DNA of 64,000 nt, taken from NCBI RefSeq assembly GCF_035594765.1, contig NC_085841.1:11515636-11579635 (forward strand), read 5' to 3'. The translations under genes and the position numbers were made by a program. Below are positions 10,425 through 21,538 of the stretch, one piece after another (the stretch's first letter is position 1; each line of letters begins with the position of its first letter). The notes under the pieces are model-generated. The model was not told the origin of the DNA. It saw only the letters and a program-made list of their open reading frames with translations, and searched no databases. The stretch is from Anolis carolinensis (taxonomy: Eukaryota).

Positions 10425-10632
10425 CTGTTGTTGTGTGCCTCGCAGTAATTTTCTAATTATGGTAACCATAATGCAAATTTGTCATGGGTTTTTCTTAGTA
10501 TGATTTGTTCGCAAAGGGGTTGCCACTGATTTTCTCTGAGACCTAGAGAGCCAAGGTCACCCAGTGGATTTCCAGGGCCAAGTGGGGATATACATCCTGA
10601 TCTCCAGAGCCATAACCAACACTTAAACCAGG
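10425..10632 (-). mobile_element. Old tRNA-derived SINE
   Basis: Minus strand TGGTTTAAGTGTTGG...TGGAGATCAGG head and GGCACACAACAACA tail. Related copies near 18050-18130, 30380-30480 and 35545-35720. Confidence 0.6.
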
Positions 10633-11337
10633 GGACCAAGTTGGCTTCCTGGTAATGCATTTCAAGTGCTTTCTATGATGTTGCATAAGGATGCACCCAA
10701 AGCTTCCAAACAAAATAGTGTGTCCTGGCTGTGAAACAGCTTCCGGAGAGAACAATTTTAGATGTTTAGCCAACTGTGCTGAACCTCCTGGCCCAATCTT
10801 CCATAGCAAAGGATGTGGCCCAATATGATATCCTTAGCAAATCATCTTTCCTCACTGAGTTTCTTGGGACTTCAAGAAATCAACTTTCCCCAATAAAAGA
10901 GAATGAGAAAGTTGTATCTCTTCCAATGCTGATGAAATCCAAATGTTGTCAGTGCCAGTCAGTACAGACTGAGTCTCCATTACCCGGAAATCCAAAATCT
11001 GAAATATTTAAAAACCCCAAACTCTTTTTTTCCACAAGCAACCCACTTACCCCTTGGGGAAAGGGGAATAGTCACACGTCCAGTGCCCACTGAGTTTTTC
11101 TTTAAGGAGCCCTGATGACACAAAGAGAAGATGAGAAAACAGGGAGGATGTCACTTTCCACTGACTCAATGGTCTCCTCACATTAGGATTACCAATGCTA
11201 TTTAGGGCCAAATGATTAGATTCGCAGAGGAAGGAGGAGAGAAAGTGGGTCTTCATATTTTCCTATGACCATTCCTTATCTGGGTCCTGCTCTGTTTGGT
11301 GAAGGGAATAGGTAGAGATGAAACAGTCTATACTTAA

Positions 11338-11535
11338 TGTGTTGTTGAAGGCTTTCATGGCCAGGATCACAGGGTTGCTGTATGTTTTCTGGGCTGTATG
11401 GCCATGTTCCAGAAGTATTCTCTCCTGACGTTTCGCCCACATCACAACCTCTGAGAATGCATGCCATAGATGTGGGCAAAACGTCAGGAGAGAATACTTC
11501 TAGAACATGGCCATACAGCCTGGAAAACATACAAC
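11338..11535. mobile_element. Penelope-like element inverted terminal-repeat remnant with a degenerate hammerhead motif
   Basis: 11377-11443 is inverted relative to ~11469-11534. CCTCTGAGAATGCATGCC...GGCAAAACGTCAGG is a mutated HHR core. Confidence 0.75.
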
Positions 11536-14469
11536 GATCTAGTCTATATTTATGTATAGTCTAAGTATAGACTGCTTCAGTACAAAGGTCACAGGAAATT
11601 AAATGTATGAGGATACAGATGCATGATTGCAGATGCTGCAGAGAAAGAGACTATATAAGTTTCATATTTACCATATAAATAAAATGGGTCTTGAGGGCTT
11701 GCATACTCATGGTAAGACCTGTGCCTAGTGACAATTGCTTCTACAGTGAGATGCCTTAAAGTAATAGCACAAGCAACCCAAAGTAACCCTGCCCTTGAAC
11801 CCAAGTCACCCTCCCCTCTCTCTTTTTTGCTAATGGATCATGGGCAGCTTCCCAAGTTACTTTTGTTGAGATCTCTCTGCCTAAATCTCTCTCACGGGGC
11901 TGTCAACTGACAACTTTCCTGGTTGTTAATGATGCTTTTATTACTATTGTTTTAAAATCCCAGGGCTTTGCTGCAAATTGGAGGCTCTGATTAGAGAAGT
12001 GATTTCTATACCATCCTGTCATGTGTCTTTGCAAAGTTTTGAGGAGCATCCATTTGCAAACCACAAGAAAAGCAACTTCTCTTCTGAAGAAGTGCTTCAA
12101 GGGAGAAACAACACTCAACAGTGAGCAATGGTTGGCAAAAGTTTGAAGGAACCTGCAGTTCCATCAGTGCCCAACACATTGTACTTCTAATATCAGAAAG
12201 TGAATGATTTGCAAACTTTAGATCAGATAAAGGAACTCATGCTAGCTGAGATCTTGGATGCCTTTGAGCTAAAGGGAAACATTTCATTTTGCATGAGACA
12301 AGGTATTCAATTTTGCTTGAAATCTCTTCTTACTATTACCCTCTATGTCCTATAGCAAACTCTTCCAGGGTAAACTCCTCAACCACCAGGAACAACATGG
12401 AGCAAAGGCATACAAATAAGGTAAGAAAAGTTCTGGTTCTTTACATTGTACAAACAAAAGTGCTTTGGCTCAGTATGGAACAGGAGTTTTACATAAGAAA
12501 CTAAGTTTTGCTGAGCCATTTACCATTTCTAAGATTAAATAACTCCCCTCCCAACGGCTAGAAAAGTAAAAGGGACTGACAAAGTAGCTGGCTATGCACC
12601 CCAGATAAATATGAAGTGATTTCGTCATCTGCTGAGGTCCATTGGGATTCTCCATAGGTCTCAGCAGCTGAAGTAATAAACTTATGTCTGGCTACAGGAC
12701 ATGGTCAGATGCTTCTTCAATCTCCTGCTGGCACAACTGACCATAGGTGGGTGAAGGGCTTTACTGGCAGGTAGGCTGGAGAACTGGTCCCTGCAGTGAT
12801 TAACATAGACACAAACATACTGCTAAGTTATGCTTGTTCATGCCATTAATAGGATTCCAGCTAATAACTGGGGGAAAGCAGCTAGTAAAGGGGAAATGCC
12901 TGACTCTTTCCCCATCCTTTTTTCTTCTTTTTCACCCTTTTCTCTAGAAGGATCAATTCCACAGGGTAGCTTTGACAAGGTCTTAACCCACTGGAATTTA
13001 TCATCAGCTGGTATCTAGACCAACCCTTTCTATCTCCTAAACCCCAAAAATGTATGCAATCTGTTTTACAGTAAGACCTCTTTATCACATGTGCCAAGAC
13101 CACCCTGCCCTCGCATGTATACTTGGAAATATGGATAGCACCAAGCAACAACTTGGAGCAGAACTTAAACTTAACCCACTAAGCAGTCAACATCTGTCTG
13201 AAAGTATGAGGGTTCAGTACAGAGTTAAAGATGACTTGGAAATAATGCTTTCCATGGTTGGATGGAGTCACTACCTCTCCCCACTTTGCTCATCTGCTAC
13301 CAATCTGCTCCTAACTTTACTCTCTTTGCTTCCTCAGATACTTATACAGATGCCTCAAGGTGGGAGGTCAACTTCCAACTCAAGTATACCATAAAGTTCT
13401 GTTGGAGGATGCTCAAAAACATTTTGGGAGCAACAGCCGCAGGTTACTAAAACTACAGGAAACGAACCTGAAACAAAAAACAAAACCCACACCACACCAC
13501 ACCACACCTCATTTGTTCAGTCTCTCACCTCCCATCCACCCCGAGATTGGTTTATTTGCAGAAATGGAGGCCTTCTTTGACTTGGCTATAGCTCAAAGGT
13601 ACAAAATAGTTTTGTGAATCATAAACATTAGTTTTTTCTCTTGGTCCCACATCTGCTGCAGTACATTTGGGAGGACACCTTAAAAAGCCTTCTCAGTGGC
13701 TGCTTTCACAGAATAGGCTGGCCCACTCTGTGCTCTCCCTTGGGCATGCAAAACCCCTTTCATGTAGACAAGATTTTCTCATTCCATTGCTTATTGCACA
13801 ATAGTATTTTGATGGTAGGTGCAATGTGTTTATCATTGTTATGTTTTCAATGTATTTAAAACGTTCTACATAAATATTGTTTTTGATAGAATTGTTTATT
13901 CAATTATTTTTCTCTCTTTTTTACTGTTCTATTACAATTAAATTTAAACTGCATTTTGTTATCTGTGTAGTGAGACACTTTCAATCCCATATTGAGAGAA
14001 AGGTGGGGCATTCAATGATTAAATAAGCTGGGTGACTGCAATGAAGCACTTGGGAGTTCTTAGGCCGCACTCTCATCTGCCACTTTCTTCCCATCCCTTC
14101 TGTGCAAGATCTGAATTAACTGGACCTATCAAGGATCAAATCTGGATACTGGAAACAATACCTTGAAAAACCTTAGTGAAATTCTCCTGTGGAAGTTGTC
14201 AACATATCAAAGCCAGTTGTCTATACTCTGACCCCATCCAGGATGTGTTAGAAGCAGGAGTACAGGTCCTCGCTTACTCTACTCAAAATTTACCTCCTTT
14301 AATAAAATAGAAATATAAGCAAATATTTAAAGTAAATCTTCTTAAGCTGTGGGTTCAGAAGACCTTGAACCAAAACAATTGTCTTCACATATTTTTTTCC
14401 AAAGGAGGGGAACTACAGTGGTGAACCTATGGCATGCATGACAGAAGGGACACATGGCATCCTCTCTCC

Positions 14470-14830
14470 TGGCACGCATGTCATCACCACCCCTGCTCAC
14501 CATCCCGGCACTGCTTGCTTGCCCGTTTGTCCGCCCCTTGCACGCTTGCCCGCCACTCATCTATCCCCTGCTCACCATACCACCACTTGTCTGCTCACCT
14601 GCCGGCCCCCCACTCCAATTTGCTCACCCCCTTGCTGACTCATCTTCCTCTCACTCGCTTCTCTGCTCACCATCCAGCCCTCACTCGCCCACCCGCTTGC
14701 TCACTCATTTGCTCGCCCCCTTGCTCACTCACTCATCCACCCACTTGCCCACCATTCACCTGCCTTTCGCTTGCCATCTCTCCCCCACCACCACCACCAC
14801 TCTCCCCTCACTCGCCATCCCCCCCCCCCC
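14470..14830. repeat. C-rich low-complexity/degenerate minisatellite
   Basis: Recurrent CTCACC/CTTGC(C/T)C motifs ending in a poly-C run. Confidence 0.7.
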
Positions 14831-15182
14831 TTGGTTTGGACACTTCATCTCTAAAAGTTTCACCATCGCTGGTCTATGGTATTCTCTAAGAGGTCCATGA
14901 CCCAAAAGGGATTAGAAACTATTCTTCTAAAGAGCTACGAACAATCAAGAAAAACACCTATTTACACAATATATTTCACAGATGAAAATAATCAATATAG
15001 GCAATCTTGGCTCATACTGGGACTGATCAATGCTCCATTCATTCAGCCCTATGGAGAGACAAGCTCTGATTCACCATGCTTTAGACAAGCATATCTCAAT
15101 CTATCTGATGTGGTGGAGTAGCAATTCCTACCTGTCCAATAAGCCAGGGACCAGTAATATATTTGTACCCATTGGGTACTAG

Positions 15183-15253
<71 letters not shown>
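15183..15253. repeat. (TTTC)n microsatellite
   Basis: About 17 perfect units. Confidence 0.97.
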
Positions 15254-15254
<1 letters not shown>

Positions 15255-16828
15255 GGAGACTTGACAGGCAATGGCAACTGGTGGCTTGTGGAGCAGCTGG
15301 CAACTGGTAGCTTGTGGGCCACAACTTTGGACAACATTGTCCTAGACATAAGTTTGGCACAGTTCAATTACAAGATGCACTTTAACTGGACTGAACCCGA
15401 AACTTCATGCATGCAAAGCATAATCTGTGTATTCCACAGCAATGACCACCATTCAAAGGTCCACTTCCAATGACAAATGCACATGACAAAACAAATAAAT
15501 GAATGGTCTGAAACCTAAATGCCTTGAAGACACTAAATACAGTCTGATTTGGGAAGCTAGCTTAATCAAAACTGCTTAGTATTTGGAAGGGAGATCACCA
15601 AAAATGGCAAACCCCCTCTGAGTGTTCCCTAAGAAAACCTTATGAAAGTCACAGGGTTGCCATAAGCTGACAGGCAACTTGAAGGCACATGTACATACAT
15701 CACTTTGCATATCTGATTTAGTGAATGACTGCTTCAGTGTTGGGATGGGGGCAAACAGGAAATCTCATTCTCCACAGGGTTAATTCTTGGCTGTGGAATT
15801 AATAACAAAGCTTGATGAATTACATTGATTGAAGGCTGAATTGCACAAGGAGATGGTTTGTGGGGAACTCTAATGATCCGAAGTTCTAAAGGGGAAATTT
15901 TTTTAAACAATACCTGACGAAGTCAACATTTACAGATGCAATCTGTATTATCCGCAGCCTGCAGGCCAACCTCCCTCCCTCCCTCCTTCTCTGCAGAGAG
16001 CCACTGCCAAACCGAATGTGCAGATTGATTTCTGCAGATCAGCTATCCCTATTGTGTACCTCTGTTGTGACTTGCCCTACTTAAAAGTTTGCTGCCTTTG
16101 CCACTTGTAACATTTCACTGCGGCAAGGCCGGTGTTTGGCACACCGAGGAATTGGCTTTGTGGGGCCATGAGCAATTAGCTGACTTAAGTCCCACTAGTA
16201 AAAGCAAAGGGGCAACAACGGGCAGTATGCTTAGCCTGGGATAATTACTGTATTCATGTGGGGTGGGGAGCAGGGTATTGTAATTTTCCCTCCGCATATA
16301 TCAATCACCTTTTGTGTAAATATCCCAAACGGGGAGGGGAGGGGGAAGGATGGAATCTAATTTTTTTAATCAACTAAGTTATCCAGTTACACAATTACTA
16401 TCATGTGTCATAAAACACTTGTTCCAACCCAGCAAAGTATTGTTATGACTCCATACTCATAAAACCAAAGGAACACATTACTCACAACTAGTAAACTCAC
16501 TTTTAGTGGAACTTAACTTCAACTATTTTAAGATCAACTGGGTCCAAGTATCCCTCACCCCAATGTCTTTACTTTAACAAAGGAGCAGAAAAGGCAAAGC
16601 ATCACTTCTAGATTTTTTTTTTAAAAAAACCCTGACTCATTCTCTTAAAGTTTTTAAGGCTGCTTACACACATGGACTGAAATCTAATATATTAAGCAAT
16701 AGCACATAACAATGAAGAAGATAAGAAACGTACACATTTTTAAATTGAACAAATTTGAGCCATTCTATAACCTGAAAAGTCAAATGTTAAGAAATCCCAC
16801 ATTTAGGAAAAAGGGCACTAAAATAATA

Positions 16829-17119
16829 AAAGGTAAGTCTAGTCGTGTCTGACTCTGGGAGTTGGGGCTCATCTCCATTTTTAAGCTGAAGAGCCGGCAT
16901 TGTCCGTAGACGCCTCCAAGGTCATGTGGCTGGCATGACTGCATGGAGCGCCGTTACCTTCTCACTGGAGCAGCACCTATTGATCTACTCACATTTGCAT
17001 GTTTTCGAACTTCTAGGTTGGCAGAAGCTGTTGATAACAGCGGGAGCTCATCCCGCTTCCCAGATTTAAACTGCCGACTGTTCTGCAGCTCAGCAATTTA
17101 AACCACTGTGCCACCGGGG
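16829..17119 (-). mobile_element. Sauria SINE
   Basis: Characteristic body (ggagatgagc, gtagatcaatagg, acctagaagttcgaaaacatgc) and tRNA-like head. 12-bp TSD ACTAAAATAATA at 16817-16828 and 17120-17131. Confidence 0.88.
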
Positions 17120-17149
17120 ACTAAAATAATACCAGTCTAAATATTCAGA

Positions 17150-17352
17150 AGACACAAGATCCAGTCTGTTTTTGGAAGCTAAGTAGGATCAGACCTAGTT
17201 AGTATTTGGATGAGAGTCTGCCAAGAAGTACTGGGTGCTATAGGTTTTATTTTAGAAGAAGGCAATGACAAACCACCTTTTAAGTATTGTCCTAAGAAAC
17301 TATGAAATGCATGGAATCACCATAGGTTGACAGGTGACTTGAAGGCACATAT
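17150..17352 (+). mobile_element. 5S rRNA-derived SINE
   Basis: GGAAGCTAAGTAGGATCAGACCTAGTTAGTATTTGGATGAGAG resembles the 5S internal A/C-box region, followed by a SINE body. Other copies at ~15540-15690 (+), ~40380-40570 (-) and ~53665-53770 (+). Confidence 0.7.
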
Positions 17353-18455
17353 ACTCGCATGGCAAAAATGCTATGCCAACAAAACCAAACTGACAACCTG
17401 CACTAACCTATTCAAATCAAGTAGGAGACACACAGTATTTGAACTGGAGGACCCTTCAAATCTAGCCTTTAAGTGGGACACACCTCCATTAACTTACAAG
17501 GATTTTGTGAAACTAAACTACGCAGAATTCCTGCTGTAGTACAGTAGGATCCAATTTTGGGTGAACATATGAGCCCTATTAGCGCCTTAAACTAGAACGG
17601 CTTACTTTTATCAGTGGCAGTTCAAGGTTTCTCAGAAGTCATCCTTACTCTGAATTCTTTTAACAAGGGCTGCTGGGAATTTAACCTGTATTATTATATA
17701 TGCAGAGTCTACACACTCCTACTAAGACACAGCAGATCTTGAGGGCGTTCCCTTTTGAGGCAGAATCACCAATGGGAGCTAGTCCAAAAAGGTAACTTTT
17801 CTGACTTCCAATGAAAATCACCCTTCCCCAGTCTGGTTGATTGATATGTATAGTCCAACCTATCTTCAAACTACCAAACTGAAGGAAGCCGATCAAAACC
17901 AGAGAAAATATGTTCAAAATGCTACGGTTGAAACTGATCGTGTAATTTATTTCTTTTTCAGAAATCTAATATGCTGTTCAAAGGGTAAAATGCAACCCTA
18001 AAAATGCAATCTGCATTATTTGTACCAAGGTTAAATTTTTCAATCAGCAAAGAAAACCACTGTGTGACCTCTCAGCCCTCCGAAAAACCCATGATACAGT
18101 CGTCTTAGGGTCACCATGATTTAGAAAAGGCTATAAAGCAGGGGTCCCCAAACTAAGGCCCGGGGGCCGGATGCGGCCCTCCAAGGTTATTTACCTGGCC
18201 CCCGCCCTCAGTTTTAGACTTAGGCTCGCCCAAAGTCTGAAATGACTTGAAGGCACACAACAACAACAGTTCTACTTAACTTGACTATCTCATTGGCCAG
18301 AAGCAGGCCCACACTTCCAATTGAAATCCTGATAGGTTTATAGTATGTTGGTTAAAATTGTTTTTATTTTTAAATATTGTATTGTTCTTTCATTTACTAA
18401 TATTGTGCTATGGTAATAATATAATATATTGTGTATACATATAATATTGATAATA

Positions 18456-19505
18456 CAGTAGAGTCTCACTTATCCAAGCTCACTTATCCAAGGTTCTGTA
18501 TTATCCAAGGCAGTCTGCCTTTTAGTAGTCATTGTTTTTGTAGTAAATGTTGCCATGTTTTGGTGCTAAATTTGTAAATACAGTAATTACTACATAACAT
18601 TACTGTGTGCTGAACTGCTTTTTCTGTCAATTTCTTGTAAAACATGATGTTTTGATGCTTAATTTGTAAAATCATAATGTAATTTTATGTTTAATAGGCC
18701 TTTTTCTTAATCCCTCATTATCCAAGATTTTCGCTTCTCCAAGGTTCTGCCGGCCCGTTTATCTTGGACAGGGGTCCTCAAACTTTTAAAGCAGAGGGCC
18801 AGTCCACAATCCTTCAGACTGTGGAGGGGCCGAATTATCATTTGGGAAAAAAAACCCGGACAAATTCCTATGCACATTGCACATGTCTTATTTGTAGTGC
18901 AAAACAACAACAACAATGAAAGTACAATACAATATTTAAAAATGAAAACAATTGTAACCAACATAAGCCTATCAGGATTTCAATGGGAAGTGTGGGCCTG
19001 CTTCTGGCCAATGAGATAGTCAAGTGAATTAGGATTGTTGTCGTTGTGTGCCTTCAAGTCATTTCAGACTTTGGGCGAGCCTAAGTCTAAAATTATTTAT
19101 TTATTCATTTACTACATTTATTTACTACATTTATATCCCACCCTTCTCACCCCGAAGGGAACTCAGAGCAGCCGTATGCACATACAATATATTATATTAT
19201 TAGCATAGCACAATATTAGCATTATATATTACCATATTGAACTATACCACTATACTGTAATATTATATGTAATATATATCATATAATTAATATTATTATA
19301 TGGTATTACTATTAGTATTATATTGTATAAAATGATAATATTATTATCAATATTATATGTATATACAATATATTATTAAAACTGATATAAAATATTATAT
19401 TATAAAACTGAGGGCGGGGGCCAGGTAAATGACCTTGGAGGGCCGCATCCGGCCCCCAGGCCTTAGTTTGGGGACCCCTGATCTTGGATAAGTGAGACTC
19501 TACTG
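18456..19505. mobile_element. Tc1/mariner-type MITE (TIR CAGTAGAGTCTCACTTATCCAAG), interrupted
   Basis: TA TSDs at 18454-18455 and 19506-19507. Same family as 61783-62105 and 63561-63868. Confidence 0.9.
18769..19480 (-). mobile_element. Non-autonomous hAT, inner copy
   Basis: TIRs CAGGGGTCCTCAAACT/AGTTTGGGGACCCCTG. Perfect 8-bp TSD ATCTTGGA at 18761-18768 and 19481-19488. Confidence 0.92.
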
Positions 19506-20161
19506 TAATATTATAATGTAATACAATATAATACTTATTTATTTATTACAGTATTTCTACCCCCGCCCTTCTCACCCAATAGGGGACTTAGGGCGGCTGA
19601 TAATAATAAAACGACAATATAATAATATTGTAAAATATAATAATATTAATTATATATTATATATTACATGTAATATTACCAATAATATTACAGTATAGTG
19701 GTGTGGTATAGGACAATATAGTAATATATAATGCTAATATTGTGCTATGCTAATAACATAATATATTGTATGTACATACAACTTGTAAGCCGCTCTGAGT
19801 CCCCTTCGGGGTGAGAGAGGGTGGGGTATCGATGTAGTAAGCAAACAAATAAATAATTGTTGGGGAGTGTTTGCACTACAAATAAGACATGTGCAGTGTA
19901 AAATTTGTTCATTTTTTTTTTCAAATGATAATTCGGCCCCTCAACAATCTAAGGGACCATGAACCGGCCCTCCACTTAAAAAGTTTGAGGACCCTTGCTA
20001 TAAAGTATACAACAACAGCAATAACAACAGCATTTGTTTCCGTACCATCACTGTTCTTTTGATTTTTTAGCTTTTAGGGTACCGTTCATGGAAGTTATGA
20101 CAAGTAAGAACTGTTTCTTGAAAACATTGCCACTGTCCCATTTTGTTCCCTCTTATTCATG

Positions 20162-20775
20162 TACTGATTGAGCATCCCTTATCCAAAATGCTTGGGACCA
20201 TAAGCCTTTTGGATTTTGATATTTTTCAGTTTTTCGAATACCTACATCTGAACAGGTGCACGTAATGAGATAACTTGGGAGGTGGGGCTCAAGTTGAAAC
20301 ATGAAATTCATTGATTTTCTTTATACATTATACACATAGCCAAATGATGAGCTCCCGCTGTTAGCCCCAGCTTCTGACAACCTAGCAGTTCGAATACATC
20401 AAATGTGAGTAGATCAATAGGTACCACTCCAGCGGGAAGATAATGACAGGAAGATAACGGTGCTCCATGCAGTCATGCTGGCCACATAACCTTGGAGGTG
20501 TCTAGAGACAATGCCGACTTTTCGGCTTAGAAATGGAGATGAGCACCAACCACCAGAGTCGGACACGACTAGACTAAATGCCAGGGGAAAACCTTTACCT
20601 TTACCTACACATAGCCTGGAAGTAATTTTATCCAATATTTTAAATTTTGTGCCTGAAACAAAGTTTGTGTGCATTAAACCATCAGGAATTCGTCATTCAT
20701 GTGGACTTTTTAATTATTATTTTTTTAGTATTTCACATTTTGAAATTTCTGGATAAGAGATGTTCAGCTTGTACT
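20162..20775. mobile_element. Old Tigger/mariner-type MITE interrupted by a SINE
   Basis: Degenerate TIRs (ttgagcatcccttatcc / ggataagagatgttcag) with TA flanks. Confidence 0.6.
20342..20606 (+). mobile_element. 5'-truncated Sauria SINE
   Basis: Sauria body and (ACCTTT)n tail. ACACATAGCC duplicated on both sides. Confidence 0.85.
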
Positions 20776-20877
20776 TTACATATTCATATTACCACTGTAA
20801 CCTGCCCTGAACTTTATAATGCAAAACACCTACAGAAGTATTGATTAAATAAATCATTTTGTGTGGGGGTTTTTTAC

Positions 20878-20998
20878 TTTGTTTTTGCAGCCTGAACAGC
20901 TTCAGGGATCCTCAGACTCTGCTCCCAGGGTAGATTCCCACATATCCACTGCAGCATACAGTAGCCAAGGATTTCCAGGTCTCCTCGTCTGGATGGTG
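20878..20998 (-). CDS. VRK2: VRK2 exon 9: (A)[39 protein letters not shown]
   Basis: atttag|CA...AA|gtaaaa, 121 nt. [11 protein letters not shown] and LPW motifs of the CK1/VRK family. Confidence 0.95.
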
Positions 20999-21519
20999 CT
21001 AAATGAAGTAAGCAAACAGAAAAGGAAAAGAGGAAGAAAGAGAGAGAAGCATAGTTTTATTCCCACTTTCCTTCTTTTTCCTTTTAGAGAAACACACTGT
21101 AGGAATTTGGAAGGGGGGGGGGGGCGGACCGGACAAAACTGTGTTGTGTTTGTTCAGCTGTCCCAAAACCTTTGAGTTTGGCTGGAGTCCACAGACAGGG
21201 GAGGATTTGTAGCTGTTGAGAGGGAAGGTCGGTCTTCCTCAGCCTTCATCCTTCCCTCGGCTTGGCCCTGTCGCATGAACTTGATCCCCACGGCCTCTGA
21301 CATGATCCAGACAGCCCATAACCCGGCACCAACACTTTCTCCAAGAGCCAGGCAGTAAAACAAAGAAATAAATGTCTGCGGCTAAATTGCTAACACATGT
21401 TCCAGGAAGTCCATGGGGTCCACATTGGTCAAAAGGAGACCCTTGGAGAACAGACTAAACAATGATGGTCTTTCCTGCTCCGCTAAACAAGAGCCATTTG
21501 GCGACGGAAGGCAGGGCAA

Positions 21520-21538
21520 CAGTACCCTCTAGTGGGCA
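21520..21538 (-). promoter_or_regulatory. Candidate CTCF site
   Basis: Minus strand TGCCCACTAGAGGGTACTG resembles the CTCF core consensus. Motif match only. Confidence 0.3.

Larger units (their letters stand above)
18139..19997 (+). mobile_element. Non-autonomous hAT (Charlie-type TIR CAGGGGTCCCCAAACT), outer copy
   Basis: TIRs at both ends. Perfect 8-bp TSD CTATAAAG at 18131-18138 and 19998-20005. Confidence 0.9.

Noticed and set aside
14429-14900. Three overlapping Pro/His/Leu-rich ORFs of up to 151 aa
   Set aside because: By-product of C-rich low-complexity sequence lacking stop codons.
17150-17230. 5S rRNA gene
   Set aside because: Degenerate, partial and fused to a SINE body, with several dispersed copies. 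It is a 5S-derived SINE.
21154-21363. GC-richer 69-aa minus ORF just upstream of exon 9 as an extra VRK2 exon
   Set aside because: Exons 8 and 9 already join in phase into an uninterrupted kinase sequence, and the peptide resembles nothing I recognise.
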